A stretch of DNA of 63,947 nucleotides, counting the filler, from Psammoneis japonica (taxonomy: Eukaryota): assembly GCA_008632985.1 (NCBI GenBank). It is 6 parts of 6 records of this genome, joined end to end, with 100 filler letters (N's around TTAATTAATTAA, not from the genome) between each part and the next. Parts side by side here need not be neighbours in the genome. Positions count along the whole stretch, not along the records: positions 33,908 to 44,848 come from QPGO01000520.1; positions 44,949 to 55,835 come from QPGO01000524.1; 4 more parts are not named here. One strand, written 5' to 3'. Position 1 is the stretch's first letter. The number at the start of each line of letters is the position of its first letter. The notes under the pieces were generated by a model that did no database searches, was not told where the DNA came from, and saw only the letters and a list, made by a program, of their open reading frames with translations. Below are positions 37,501-49,510 of this stretch, piece after piece. The position numbers were made by a program, and so were the translations under genes.

Positions 37501-40500
37501 CTGGATCTTTTGGTGGATCTGTTGGCGGAGTGGATTTCAATGTCAATCTCATCATTGTGTGCCCAAAGGCATGGCTCGCCATCAGCAGCAAAATGCCATT
37601 CAACAGCATGAAACAAGCACTTTGGAAGCTCCAGCTCATGCCCTGCCACGTCCAGGAGGTCGCACCACAGCTGATTGTCTTGCTGCACTTGAGGGACAAG
37701 GTCCAGCGCATCTGGTTGGGGATCAGCACAAAAGGCGTTCACTTGATTCGAAGTGTCGTCAACACACCCTCTGGCACACATCCGCATTGAAGCTGTCCGG
37801 TCGGGAGTTTCAAAGTGGGCCCCATGAGCTTGACTGTCAAACAGCCAAAATGAGCTGTTGCAAATTTGATTCCAGCAAAAGGGTGAATTTCCGCTGCCCT
37901 GACCAGTGCCGTAGACAGGGAGCTCATCTGAATGGGAGCAAGATGATGTTGAGAGGCCAAGAACTGTGTCTTTGGCCAGCATCTTGCATCATGTGAAGTG
38001 GTGTTTGCCGTCTGAGTTGCTGATTTTGGCGTGCCGTTGCTGCGGCTTTCGAGTGCTGTTAAAGCAGGAATGTTGCAATCGCAGCATGAGGTGCAATCTC
38101 CATCACTGTGCATCGCAGTTTTCCGGGATGCTCCGCCAATCTCAAGCACAAGTTCCTCAAGGTGCACCGGTGCATGAGCATTCAAAAAGGGATGCGTCCC
38201 ATAAATTCCTGGATTGTGCAGATGACGGTGTTCCATGTTCTGCGCCAAGGCTCTCCATTTCACACTGGATGTCAATTGGAAATCTGCCTCGTAGATGTGG
38301 ATGACTCGGAGACGATGCACCTTGTTGTTTCCCGGCTCTTTGAAAATCATGACGTTGACAACATCCTTCCACCTGTTGAACGAGCACCCCCAATGCAGAG
38401 CACAGTTTAACAAATTCAAGCGAATCCGAATCAGCCACTGTTGAACTTCATTTGAATGCTGACACTCAGACGTGAGATCACCTTCGGGGGTGGTGGAGCC
38501 CGAATGAGAATGAGCCACGTGCATTGCTTTCCAGTGTCCCAAATGAAGGCCCGAGAAAATAGAAGCAGATGCAGTTTCCTTCCATGCCTTGAGTTTCCCT
38601 TTAAGATCTGATTCAGACAGGAAGTCAGACACCAACACTGGTGAACGTCGTCGAAGATGTTGAACGAAGAGAGCAGCAGCACTGTTGAGAGAGGATGTGT
38701 CGCATTCTCCATCTAAGATCAAGTCAGCCACAACCGTGTCACCTTCGTGTCCGAGATCCACAGACAGGGGAGGAACTGCAGGAGGTGTGCCATGTGCCTG
38801 TCCAAAGTGTCGCTGATTCTGAGAACACAATGCTGCTGAAACGTCGTCTGGGGCATCGATCGTGATCCAATTTTTGCACTCTTTAGGATTGGCAGCCGGG
38901 TTGTGAGGGACCTGTGCGCCATTGACTCCTGTGTCATGTTTTGCCTTGCATGCATTGATCTTGCGAAACAACCGGGCGGTTTCTTCTGACTTCCGCATGT
39001 TCCGAATAATTCTTGCCGATTTGTGGGCGGCAGCTGCACCGTCCAGGTCCAATTTGGCAATCTTCTCTGCCAGTTCCCGCTCACGTTGCTCAATGCTCTC
39101 CTGATGGGTTCCAGTCCCAGGTGGGACTCCGTGTGACATTGGGCCCGTAGAATTCTACGTGCGAGCTCCGCAGTGAATTTACACTGCAATGAAAACACAA
39201 ATGATCGCCAACAGAAAAAGAGGCAATTTTACGAACGCATCTCCTCCTTCATGCTTGAAGTGCATCATCAATGGTTTGCCTGGGTGTGTTCTTCAGACAT
39301 CAAAGAATGTGCCCAGCGCATTTTTGTTCTCATGAATGTTGAAAATAGAAAGCCTTTGGCTTTGCAAAACAGGGAGCATGAAACAATTTCGTAGAATGTG
39401 ACACGCAGAAATGTGCGTGCGCGACACACGATGTGATCCAAAAAACTGTTGATGTCACAGTGCAGCAGTGCAAGGTCCCACCTAGAGCTGGAACGCATCT
39501 CCTTTGCAACTGCCTTGCATTCAGCCTGTGCCTTGCGAAAGGCAACCTGACATTCATGAAATGTCGTTGGAATGGAGAATGAGCCTGTCAGCTCTGAACG
39601 CACCTGCTGGATCTGGGTGACATGATCAAGACGGTTCCTCATCATGGAAAGAACACGAGCAAAGATGTGTGCTCTGTGATGGAGATCTGCCAACTTGACC
39701 GACCAGTCGGGTTCACGGTGGGATCGACACTTTTTCACGGATGCTGGGGAGAACTGAAGAAGATCTCGGTCCAAGCGTTCTGCCAGTTCGTGATTCGGAG
39801 CATCAGACTCGATCAGCTGGGTGGATCGTTCCAAGACAGAACGGCCATCAAGCATGGGTCCAATGGAGGTTAAATGCGAGGTGACCTGGGGTTTGGAGGA
39901 AGCCTGAATGTCGCGAAAGGAAGCTTTGGGTAGATCGACGGTTGGGTTCCCGAACAGTTCCATCGTGTCGAAGTCCACAAAATGTGCCCGATGATCTGAC
40001 GTGACACGGTGTCCAAATGCCTCACATCCGCCCAGGCGAGCCGCAGACAATGCTCCTGGAGATGCCAGAACACAGTCCAGTCTTTTGGAGCCTCTTGCAC
40101 ATGTGGAAAATTCGGAAACACCGAGGATTTGGAACAGGACGTCGGACAAATTGAAGCATTGGGCAAGTGCAGCTGGGGAGTCTGCATCCAAAGAGAAGTC
40201 CGCATTGAAGTCACCAAACAAGATCACTTCTCGGTCATTCTCCGCACGAAACTCTTGGAGCACACGCGAGAGGTCCGTGCAGAAGGCTTTGCGGGGGTCG
40301 ACAGAGTTGCGGCCCTGTTGGCGCAGCAAATGCAATTGTTGAGCATGGGCAGTTGTCTTCCCTGGTTGTTTTTGTTTTTTAGCGCAGACTCTGTGGCATG
40401 AGACAAACATGACTTGTCACCCATTGCAACCGTCAAACACCTGAACAGACCACCGGCCCAACGGATCAAACTCCTGGGAGCGGAGTCGGGCCGAGATGGA

Positions 40501-42970
40501 ATTGCACGAGACAATTGCTGTGCCACCCAGTTTGCATTGGGCAGAAAAGGGAGTGGAGCTGCAAGAGAATGTGCCTCTCCCGTGGAGGAGGGACTTCAAA
40601 ATCGCAGACCGACACACAGAGAGCACATCGAACTGGGTGGCATCCAGACACATTTCTGAAATTCCAACCACGTCCGCTTGAATTTCGTTGGCAATCTGAC
40701 AATGACCGTTGAGATCCCCGCCGCGCTTGTCAAACTTGCATCCATTGGCGTTGAAGGCATGGAGTCTAGTGTGGTGTGGCAGTTTCGACCGCAGTTCATG
40801 TCCGATTGGTTCACTTGTCTTGAGGTGGGAAAAATCGATCCTGCGATCTGCTGAAGGAGCACAGTGTCTGCCGTCTAGTGTGTGTTGCCATGCAGTCAAA
40901 GGTGCAGCTGAAGAAGACTCGCTGTTCATGGTTGGGCCTCGCTCCTCCGAGGAGAAGACTGGGGCTCACAGCGATGCAAAGGGTCTGAGGCAGTTTGAAA
41001 GGAGAACTTGCGACATCGAGAGGCACATCGAAAAATGTGTGCCAAAGTGTGGAACTCTTGAAGTGTTGAGGCAATGTCAGGAGGGCGCCCAATCTGTTGA
41101 GGGGGAGGAGGTGGCGAAGTCCAACCCCACGCTAAAAATCCTTCTCTTTGTCACGATGGTTGCCAGACCTCTCTGGTGTTTCGTTGTTGTCAGGACGTTT
41201 CCGTGCAATGCTCTGTGTGGGTTGGCTTGCCTGCAACAGTTGGACGATCTGATTCATCTGTGACTGCATCCCGGACAGTTGTTGCGAGCAGCAGTCCTGT
41301 GTGGCCATCATGTCATTCATGTGTTGAGTGGTGAACGTGTTGTTCAATGCCTCCATGTCCCGAGAATGTTGTGCACGCATCTCAGCGAGGGCTTTGTCAT
41401 GTTTCTCTTGCATTGGGTTCACAGTCTGTTGAACTTCTGCCAACTGTGCTGCAACAATTGACGAGCCAGCGGTCGACTGTGTTGCCTGTGCATGAGCATG
41501 CGAGGAAGACGTCGAGCTTCGACACCCGGGAATGCCACACAGGAAGGTGGGGAGAACTGGGAGCAATGAGTGAAAATGTGAGGAGGCACCGCCGAGCCTT
41601 GAGAGGTCCCTCGTCCAGGGTGACCTCGTCCTTCATGTCCACGTCTGGCACATGGTTTTGAAGCAGGTTGTGTCGAACCTGGAGCCTGATCATCAGTCAG
41701 TGGAGAAACATCCGAAAATGCAAGAGATTCAAGACTGCGAATGCCAGCCGACATGACAGATTTGCTGGTGTCGGATGATTCTTCGAGGACACCTGACACT
41801 TGAGGAGGTTCCGAAAACAGGGGAGATGGGCAAGATTCTTTCAAAATGGAAGGGATCAAATTCATGACGCATGATGAAACAGCTGCACGGATGGTTTCGA
41901 AGTTCCGACGGTCCACAAGAATGTTGTGTCGTCCATCAACAATCGTGGATTGAAACACATCCTTCACTCCAGTCAGCGCTTTAAGGTGATTTTCGAAACA
42001 AAACATCATGTCCGGGGTGGTGTTCAGCAGTGGTGCCACGAAGGCATCTTCATTGTGACGAGCTTGCGTCTTGATGGCGTTGTGAAATGCAAGAGGGGAG
42101 ACATGATGAGTTTTCGCCATCACGATGTGAGTCGGGAGTTTGTTCGAAGCGCAAAGCAAAGCCTTGCCCGCAGTGCGATGTTCTTCGCGTAAAACTTCAA
42201 TGGCAAAAGCAGCTGTTCGAAGCGGTGTGGCAAGTCCATCATTGTTGGCACGCATCGAAGCAGGCATCAACCGAAATTGTGGCATTTTAGTGTGGAAACT
42301 TCCGAGATCACTGATGAACAATTTGGCAGCTTCGTCGACCGGAGCATGTTCAGTGGATGCAGCAACATGACATGCCGGAGTGGCCGTGTCGATGTCAGAC
42401 TCGTTCCAGAAATGACGTTTCACACCCACATTGTTGGAGTCCAAAATGCTCTGGACATGTGGATGGGAGCGTGTTTCGCGCAGTGGAGTCTTTGTGAGAA
42501 TGCGGTGATGCAGGCGGTGAGTTGCCGGGCGTTTTTCGCCGCTGTGATTCGTCGTGATGACAAAGTGTTGTTCGTGTTGGAGAGAAGCAATCCATTCTGC
42601 CACGTTGAGATTCGTGACACGGTTGTTGTGGTTGTCAAGAATCTGAACATCCTTGTGGCAAGTGAACAGAATTTGCTGTGAGACTTGCAAATGGGTGGCA
42701 GCAAGAGTCATGGGCTTGCACGACAATTCTTTGCCACGAATTTCAAAACGGATGGTGATCTCTTCGAACTGATGCTCAGTCGGCTTGGAAGAAAGCTCAA
42801 TGGAAGACTGGTCAACAGTGACATCGTCTGCCACAATGGCGTCTTTGTTGTGAGTGGGGGCGCGGCTGCCGTCAGTGACGGAAGAAGACGCCATGGTGGT
42901 TGGCTGTTCTGTGGGGAACCTGGCATTAAAATTACGCAGGCAACATCAACGCGAGTGCGTGCAGAGTTGC
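34524..42970 (-). mobile_element. Full-length degenerate LINE (ORF1; ORF2 with APE, RT and RNase H), possibly Ambal-like
   Basis: 16-bp TSD agagaatccaggaaca at 34508-34523 and 42971-42986; ORF1 from 42894; APE GDFNA..RLDC..SDHR; RT LRVIHIYEAD, GTGQGSGNSP, GCVDDT; RNase H SDGS..AE..CDN..KSHQD. Confidence 0.9.
39103..39499 (+). mobile_element. MITE copy 3 inside LINE ORF2
   Basis: TIRs gatgggttccag / ctggaacgcatc; 4-bp TSD tcct/tcct; removing it restores VAKESIEQRER. Confidence 0.9.
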
Positions 42971-44948
42971 AGAGAATCCAGGAACAGTCGATGCATGTGT
43001 TTTGATGTGAACAATTTTCGGACGTCAGACATGATGGGTTTTTGCCCTTTGGCCCTCAGGGAGCTTTGCAGGTGGGTTGGTGAGGTGGGTGCAGGTTGCA
43101 GTGCAAAAAGCCAAAGATTTTCAAGAAGCTGTGAGCACCATCGTCAAGAGACCGGGCACGTGACAATTCTCGTGCTTTTTGTTTTCCCGCCAATGAAATG
43201 AACTTCAACTTGGTGACGTGTTGTGCCACTTGCGCAGAAATCTGCTCCAAATTTCAAAAAATCAATTCCAGCCATGCAGATTCCAGATTTCCATTCAGAA
43301 CAGGTGCAGATTTTCTCAAGCCAGTCTACGTAAAGGGACCTTGCAGCTGAGTCATTCGACCAAAATGTTTTTTTGCACATTCGTCGGCGCCACCCCACAA
43401 TCCTCGTGCTTTTTGCACGAGAAAAAAAAAAAAGACTTCAACCATGGTGAGCAAATCATTTGCGGCGGCGTTGATGTTGACAATTGAGCGGCAATTGCAT
43501 TGGGAGAGTCTTTTTAAACCCCATTGGAAGCATCTGGTGTGGTGATTGCCGCTCGAATTTTTCCTTTAGAAGCTTTTTTTTTTCCATCCACTGCTTCTCA
43601 TGCATTTTCGCTGTTGTGGCCTCCATCCCAGTCAAAGGTTGCAAGTGCCTCTGTGACTGAAGCACACAAAGGTCACATGCATTCATTGAATGATTCAATG
43701 GAAGTGGTGGTGTGGATGGAGTCACCTTCGGACATTCGCGCTTGTTGGTCAAGCACCGCTGTGCTTCGTGCTTTTGTGTGGCAAGAACATGCCAACGACA
43801 AGGGTGATTGCTTGGTTGCAACTTCATCAATGTTTTAATTTGAGAGACAAGCACACATGGAATGCATTGATCAACCCTGTGGGAAGGCCATCAGTGGGTG
43901 ATTGCCACTCAAACTGTCAAATGTCGCACTTTTGCTGACGCTTTTTTTGCTCTTCATCACAATTTCTGCAGCAGGTGCATCGACCGGCAACGCCATTTCT
44001 GAGGTTCAAGTCAGGGTTCTTTAGATGCAATCATGTCTGTTCACTCACATGCACACAGCAGATGACAGGGTGAGGTGTCTGGCTTTTTGGGGTGGTTCCA
44101 CAGAGCAGAGCAAACACAGATCCGCCTGGAAGTGGTTTGCCAGCCGCCGCCCAACTTGGCAACCAAATCAACTCAGACTGCAAGGAGATTCATCACATGT
44201 TGTCATCAAATCAACAGTGCCTTGCCACGCATTCTCCATTGCAATGATCATGGGAGGTTGGAATGAAAAGAAAAGCTTGGAAAGCACTTGAGATGCCGGA
44301 AGATGTTGGGCTGGAGGTCACAGCGCACCGGCCTGGTCCCGGCCTGGCCTGACCAAAGTGGCAGACGAAAGTCTCTAAGTCATGCAGTGTCTCTTGGAGA
44401 CCTGTCATCAATGCATTGCGTGTCCAAGCCAGTCATCCAAGGCTCTTGAGCTGGTTCATCTTAGAAAGTGATGCCAACCACTGGCGGGGAGAGGGTCCTC
44501 AGACATTTGATTTGCGCAGCAAAATTCTCGTCTGCGCTTCACTTCACATTCTTTTTGAAATGATGGGCAAGACAACTTCACCCTGACAATGAAGACATTG
44601 AAAACAATTAATTTTGTGAGCACAACAACAGAAAATGTCATAAAACTTGCCTCGAGTTCTCACCTCATGACAAATGCTCCGGCATCTGACTCGTGATCGG
44701 AGGCATCAAAAGCGGTGCTCTCGTCCAAATTTCACCGTGCTTCTTTTCAAAACAATTTAAAAACTTCACCTCGACCCAAATCCATTGGAGCAGGGAGATT
44801 CGGGCAACTGAAAATTCCATCGAGTTGCAACTTGGACAGGCAACATGTNNNNNNNNNNNNNNNNNNNNNNNNNNNNNNNNNNNNNNNNNNNNTTAATTAA
44901 TTAANNNNNNNNNNNNNNNNNNNNNNNNNNNNNNNNNNNNNNNNNNNN

Positions 44949-47900
44949 GGGGTATACGTGGCATAACTGTCGGTGTAGTACTAGGAGCTGGACTGCTGCT
45001 TGGTTTTGCTGATGCATGTCACTGGGTGCAGGGCTGCTACTGGGTTCTACCGAAGGCGATGCGCTTGGCGCTGGACTGCCACTCGGGGAACTACTCGGAG
45101 ACTTACTCGGTGCTGGGCTGCTACTCGGTGGAGTAGTGGAGTGTGATGGACTACCACTGGGGGCCAGACTTGCACTTGGTAGCTCAGAGGGCGTGGTACT
45201 TGGTACTGGACTCGCACTTGGCGATTGTGAAGGTACTGGCGTTGGAGACGGGTCGGTATGGCATCTGTGACGATCACATATCCGTCTTCGGCCGTACACG
45301 TAAATTCATTAGAGACTGTTTCAGCTTCGAGTTCAGCGCTCACGATGTAATTTGCTTCAATGCAAACATCAATTGTGTATGGAACTTCAATCGTGCGCAT
45401 TTCACCAGCCACCATTTCCGTCGGATCAATCAAANTCAAGAAAACTTGTGAGACTGGAGAGCGAGGGGGCTTGCGTCACATTTTGCACCGCTTTGGTAAC
45501 GTTCAGTGTTGTACTTCCGCATTAGTTATGTCANNNNNNNNNNNNNNNNNNNNNNNNNNNNNNNNNNNNNNNNNNNNNNNNNNNNNNNNNNNNNNNNNNN
45601 NNNNNNNNNNNNNNNNNNNNNNGAGCAAGAAGTTTTTCCACTGTTTGTCACGAACTTAATCGTTTGATACACTACATCCTGATCCATGTCGCGGAATATG
45701 ATGCACTCGACACTTTCGACAGTTTCCATTCAACTCAAATATATCGCCACTGTCAACTGTGCTGTTATAGAGTGTCTCATTGCTCAAACCCTTACATGTT
45801 TATGAAGACACTTTCGTTAGCAGCNTGGAGGATCGACACCATTGAGATCATATACGTCGATACACTCGCTGGAATCCCCTTGAGAGTTTACAGCTTCAGC
45901 GCAGGACTTCCAATAATATGAAAATGTGAAGCTAGTGTAATCCGCTGACCTGGGGGTCTGGGTGCTCAATGTCAGAGCACGCAGTACTTCCGTCATCGCT
46001 GAGACATTCCATTTCAAACCTGTAACAATGACAACAAGCGAGAGACACGCGTCAGCCTTTGCAAAATTTCACATTTTATGCTAACAGTTTTTGAATATAC
46101 TTACATCAAGTGTGCAGTTGATTGGCTGAGATGGAGCTGTACTTGGATAAGAGCTTGGGCGCTGGGCTACTNACTGGGAGTCGTACTGGGTGTGCCGCTT
46201 GGTACAGGACTACGACTTGGTGGTGGTGTCGTGTGAGTTGGTTCGTTGCTCGGAGCCGGGCTAGCTGATGGTTCTTGACTCGGTAACGAGCTTTGGAGCT
46301 GGACTGCTACTTGGAATGGCGCTAGGTGTCTGGCTGGGTGCAGGACTTGCGCTCGGCTCGGAACTTGGCGTTTCACTTGGAGCAGGACTGCTTGATGGAA
46401 CCTAGTCGGAGGAGCAGGTGGAGCCAGAGGTAGCTCTGTTGGTGTTAACGATGGAAGTGACGTTGGCAAAGGCGTCGGGTCTGGTAGGTGGTCCTGTTGG
46501 CTCCGGAGTTGGTCGCGCCGTCGGAACGGGAGTAGGAGGAGATGACGGTGGCAAAGTAGGAAGAGGCGACGGAGGCAGGGTAGGTGGGCCACTCGGCTCT
46601 GGAGTAGGCAAAGGTGTCGGGTTTGGTGTAGGATTAGGTGTAGGTGGTCCTGTAGGCTCCGGAGTTGGCCGCACTGTCGGAACGGGTGTAGGAGGAGTTG
46701 ACGGCGGTGGAGTGGGGGGGGCACTTGGTTGTGGAGTAGGCAGAGGCGTCGGGTTTGGTGTAGGATTAGGTGTAGGTGGTCCTGTTGGCTCTGGAGTGGG
46801 CCGCACCGTCGGAACGGGTGTAGGAGGAGTTGACGGAGGCGGGGTAGGTGGGCCACTCGGTTCTGGAGTAGGCAAAAGGTGTCGGGTTTGGTGTTAGGAT
46901 TTGGAGTAGGTGGTCCTGTTGGCTCCGGAGTTGGCCGCACCGTCGGAACGGGTGTAGGAGGAGTTGACGGCGGTGGAGTAGGTGGGCCACTCGGTTGTGG
47001 AGTAGGAGGAGGTGTCGGGTTTGGTGTAGGATTAGGTGTAGGTGGTCCTGTTGGCTCTGGAGTGGGCCGCACCGTCGGAACGGGTGTAGGAGGAGTTGAC
47101 GGAGGCGGGGTAGGTGGGCCACTCGGTTCTGGAGTAGGCAAAGGTGTCGGGTTTGGTGTAGGATTAGGTGTAGGTGGTCCTGTAGGCTCCGGAGTTGGCC
47201 GCACTGTCGGAACGGGTGTAGGAGGAGTTGACGGCGGTGGAGTGGGGGGGGCACTTGGTTGTGGAGTAGGCAGAGGCGTCGGGTTTGGTGTAGGATTAGG
47301 TGTAGGTGGTCCTGTTGGCTCCGGAGTCGGCCGCACGTCGGAACGGGTGTAGGAGGAGTTGAGGGTGGTGGGCTGGGTGGGGCACTTGGCTCTGGAGTAG
47401 GTAAAGGTGTCGGATTTGGTGTAGGATTAGGTGTAGGTGGTCCTGTTGGCTCCGGAGTGGGCCGCACCGTCGGAACGGGTGTAGGAGGAGTTGACGGTGG
47501 CGGGGTAGGAAGAGGAGTTGGAGCCGGTGTAGGCGGTGTCACCGGTGGCAATTCTGGTATTTCTGTTGGGGCAGATGAAGGTGGAGGGGTCGGTGGCATT
47601 GTTGGCGACGGCGTGGGAGGCGGAGTAGGTTGAGCTACTGGCGGAAGACCTGGAACTGCTGTTGGTGCCGACGTTGACGGTGGTGGTGTAGGGTTGGGTG
47701 TCGGTGAAGGTGTAGGCTCGCAACGTGATGGTGGAGGGAAAGGCCTTGAAGGTGGAGGAAACGGCTTGCCAGGTATAAACTTTGGTGGTCTAAACTTTGC
47801 TGGTCTCTTTTTCTTGCCATTGCCACCAAACTTTGCTTTTCGACCTTTCTTGCCCTTCTTCCGGACTTTCTTCCCTCCCCTTTTCTTGAATCCTTTTCTA

Positions 47901-48759
47901 GCATCAAACAGACCTTTTCGAGGGCCTTTCTTCTTCTTCTTTTGGAATGGCATGGGCGCTGGAAAAACTGCGGGTTTCTTTCGAAGAGGCTTTTGGGGTG
48001 TTTCGACACACTCACAGCGAGGATGATCGCGGTGTAGAAACACGGCCACTTTGGCACCCTTCCAACCGGACCCCTTTTGACCATACGTGCTTTTTCGTGA
48101 AGGGCACACGTAAACACCATGTGGAACTTCGTCACCTGGACATAGCCAAATAACGTTCTTGCACCAGGATTCTTCACTGGACTGAACTCATCCGGTTCAT
48201 TGAAGGCCTCTTAGAATCACGGGTGTCGAATCCGCTGGAATCTTCATCAAGTCTTCGCTTCCAACCATTACCTCGCTTTCTGAACACTTTCTTCTTCACA
48301 GGTCCAGGCTTACCCCATACTGGTCCTGGTGTACCCGGAATCGGACAAAAGCACTCAGCGGGCACGTTTGCTTGCGAGTACAAGCAAGGTTGCGAGAATC
48401 GGAGGCGGGATGAGAAGCCTCCTGATCAACCTTTTCATTTTGCATTACGTGGGAAGAAGCTTCCGTCGATTCAGTCTGAAGGTTCGAATAAGACTCAGTA
48501 GAAGCACTTTCGGAACGACGCTCCGAGAATATGCTTCCGAGCATGCTTTGCCATTCAGTGTGCCCTACGGCGCTGAAGTTTCGGTTTCTTCTAGTCCCGG
48601 AGTCTCGTCCATTTTCATGGGAGCTGTTCCAGTGCTATCTTCCGTGACTTTATGGAAGCTGAAACCTGATGGCCAACCACGCGCCTCGCCAACCGTGACG
48701 GTGCATCCGCTGAGAACCAGCAACAAACACAAACCAGTCGCAGCAGCACTGCAGCGCAT
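44949..48759 (-). CDS. Secreted Lys-rich plus Pro/Thr/Ser-rich mucin- or extensin-like protein with Cys-containing domains; frameshifts, intron(s) and gaps
   Basis: Signal peptide [22 protein letters not shown], a Lys/Gly-rich block, 44-aa PT repeats, xPS repeats. Confidence 0.7.
46480..47510 (-). repeat. 132-bp coding tandem repeat ([44 protein letters not shown])
   Basis: Period of 132 nt, e.g. tggtcctgtt at 46911 and 47043. Confidence 0.92.
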
Positions 48760-49510
48760 CTTGCTTCCTTCCCTGGGAGGCATCGAGTGCATCTTGAAAG
48801 ACGTACACACAAACGGTTCTTCAAAGGTTGCGAATCAATATTTCGGTTTCGCGGTGAGAAAAAATTGTGAGATCTTAGTGGGTTTGGTGAGGCGAAAAAA
48901 GTGAGAGCAGATCGAATTTTGAAATCAAATTCCATTCACAAGACTCGAGAGTGTTTTCGTTTATCCATACTTTAGAGCTATCATTCAAGATCAAAATTTC
49001 AAAATAGAAATGAAACACTATGTATCTGAATATTATTACATCTATGCTATCCAATATTTTTCAAATTTTTATTATTCGGAAATGGATGCTGGTAATTTCA
49101 TAATAAGATTTTCATCTTGAGTAAAACGAAATAGTTCTATCCAGGTATCGTAGAACAGTGCGACAAAAATTCTCCGGGCCCGCAGAAGGCTCCTCGAGAG
49201 CAACTTTTGGTTTGCAGTATGGCCTACCGGTATTGTAAAATAGTAGGGCCCCTACGTAAGGTTTTAGCCACAGAGAGAAGGATTGAGTCATCAAAGCGCT
49301 CTACTAAGCTAGAGAGAAGGCAAAGAAAAAATCGAAGAACATATCTCACTGTATGGAAGAAAAAGTTGGAAAAGAACTAGATGCTGGTGGTTGCGTCAAC
49401 CATTAATACCATTTAAAACTAGAAGAGTTACAATTACGGGGTTGAAAAGTCAGATTTATTGAGAGACTTCGGATCAATCAAATGAAGTCATTATACTACA
49501 GAGTATCTTT

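Noticed and set aside
28490..42970. Classical RIP, CpG decay alone, or DGR/ADAR editing
   Set aside because: C->T processes cannot turn TAY into TGY or CAY; RNA- or RT-level editing would be single-stranded and would not affect an intron-containing ODC copy.
11852..44848. Alternative genetic code or foreign DNA as the cause of missing Tyr
   Set aside because: TpA is lost in all frames and in non-coding LTRs and MITEs, Tyr is replaced by both Cys and His, and the effect switches within a contig at ~55000 and ~58850.
46418..47633. Gly/Val-rich plus-strand ORFs
   Set aside because: Antisense shadows of the Pro/Thr repeat gene.
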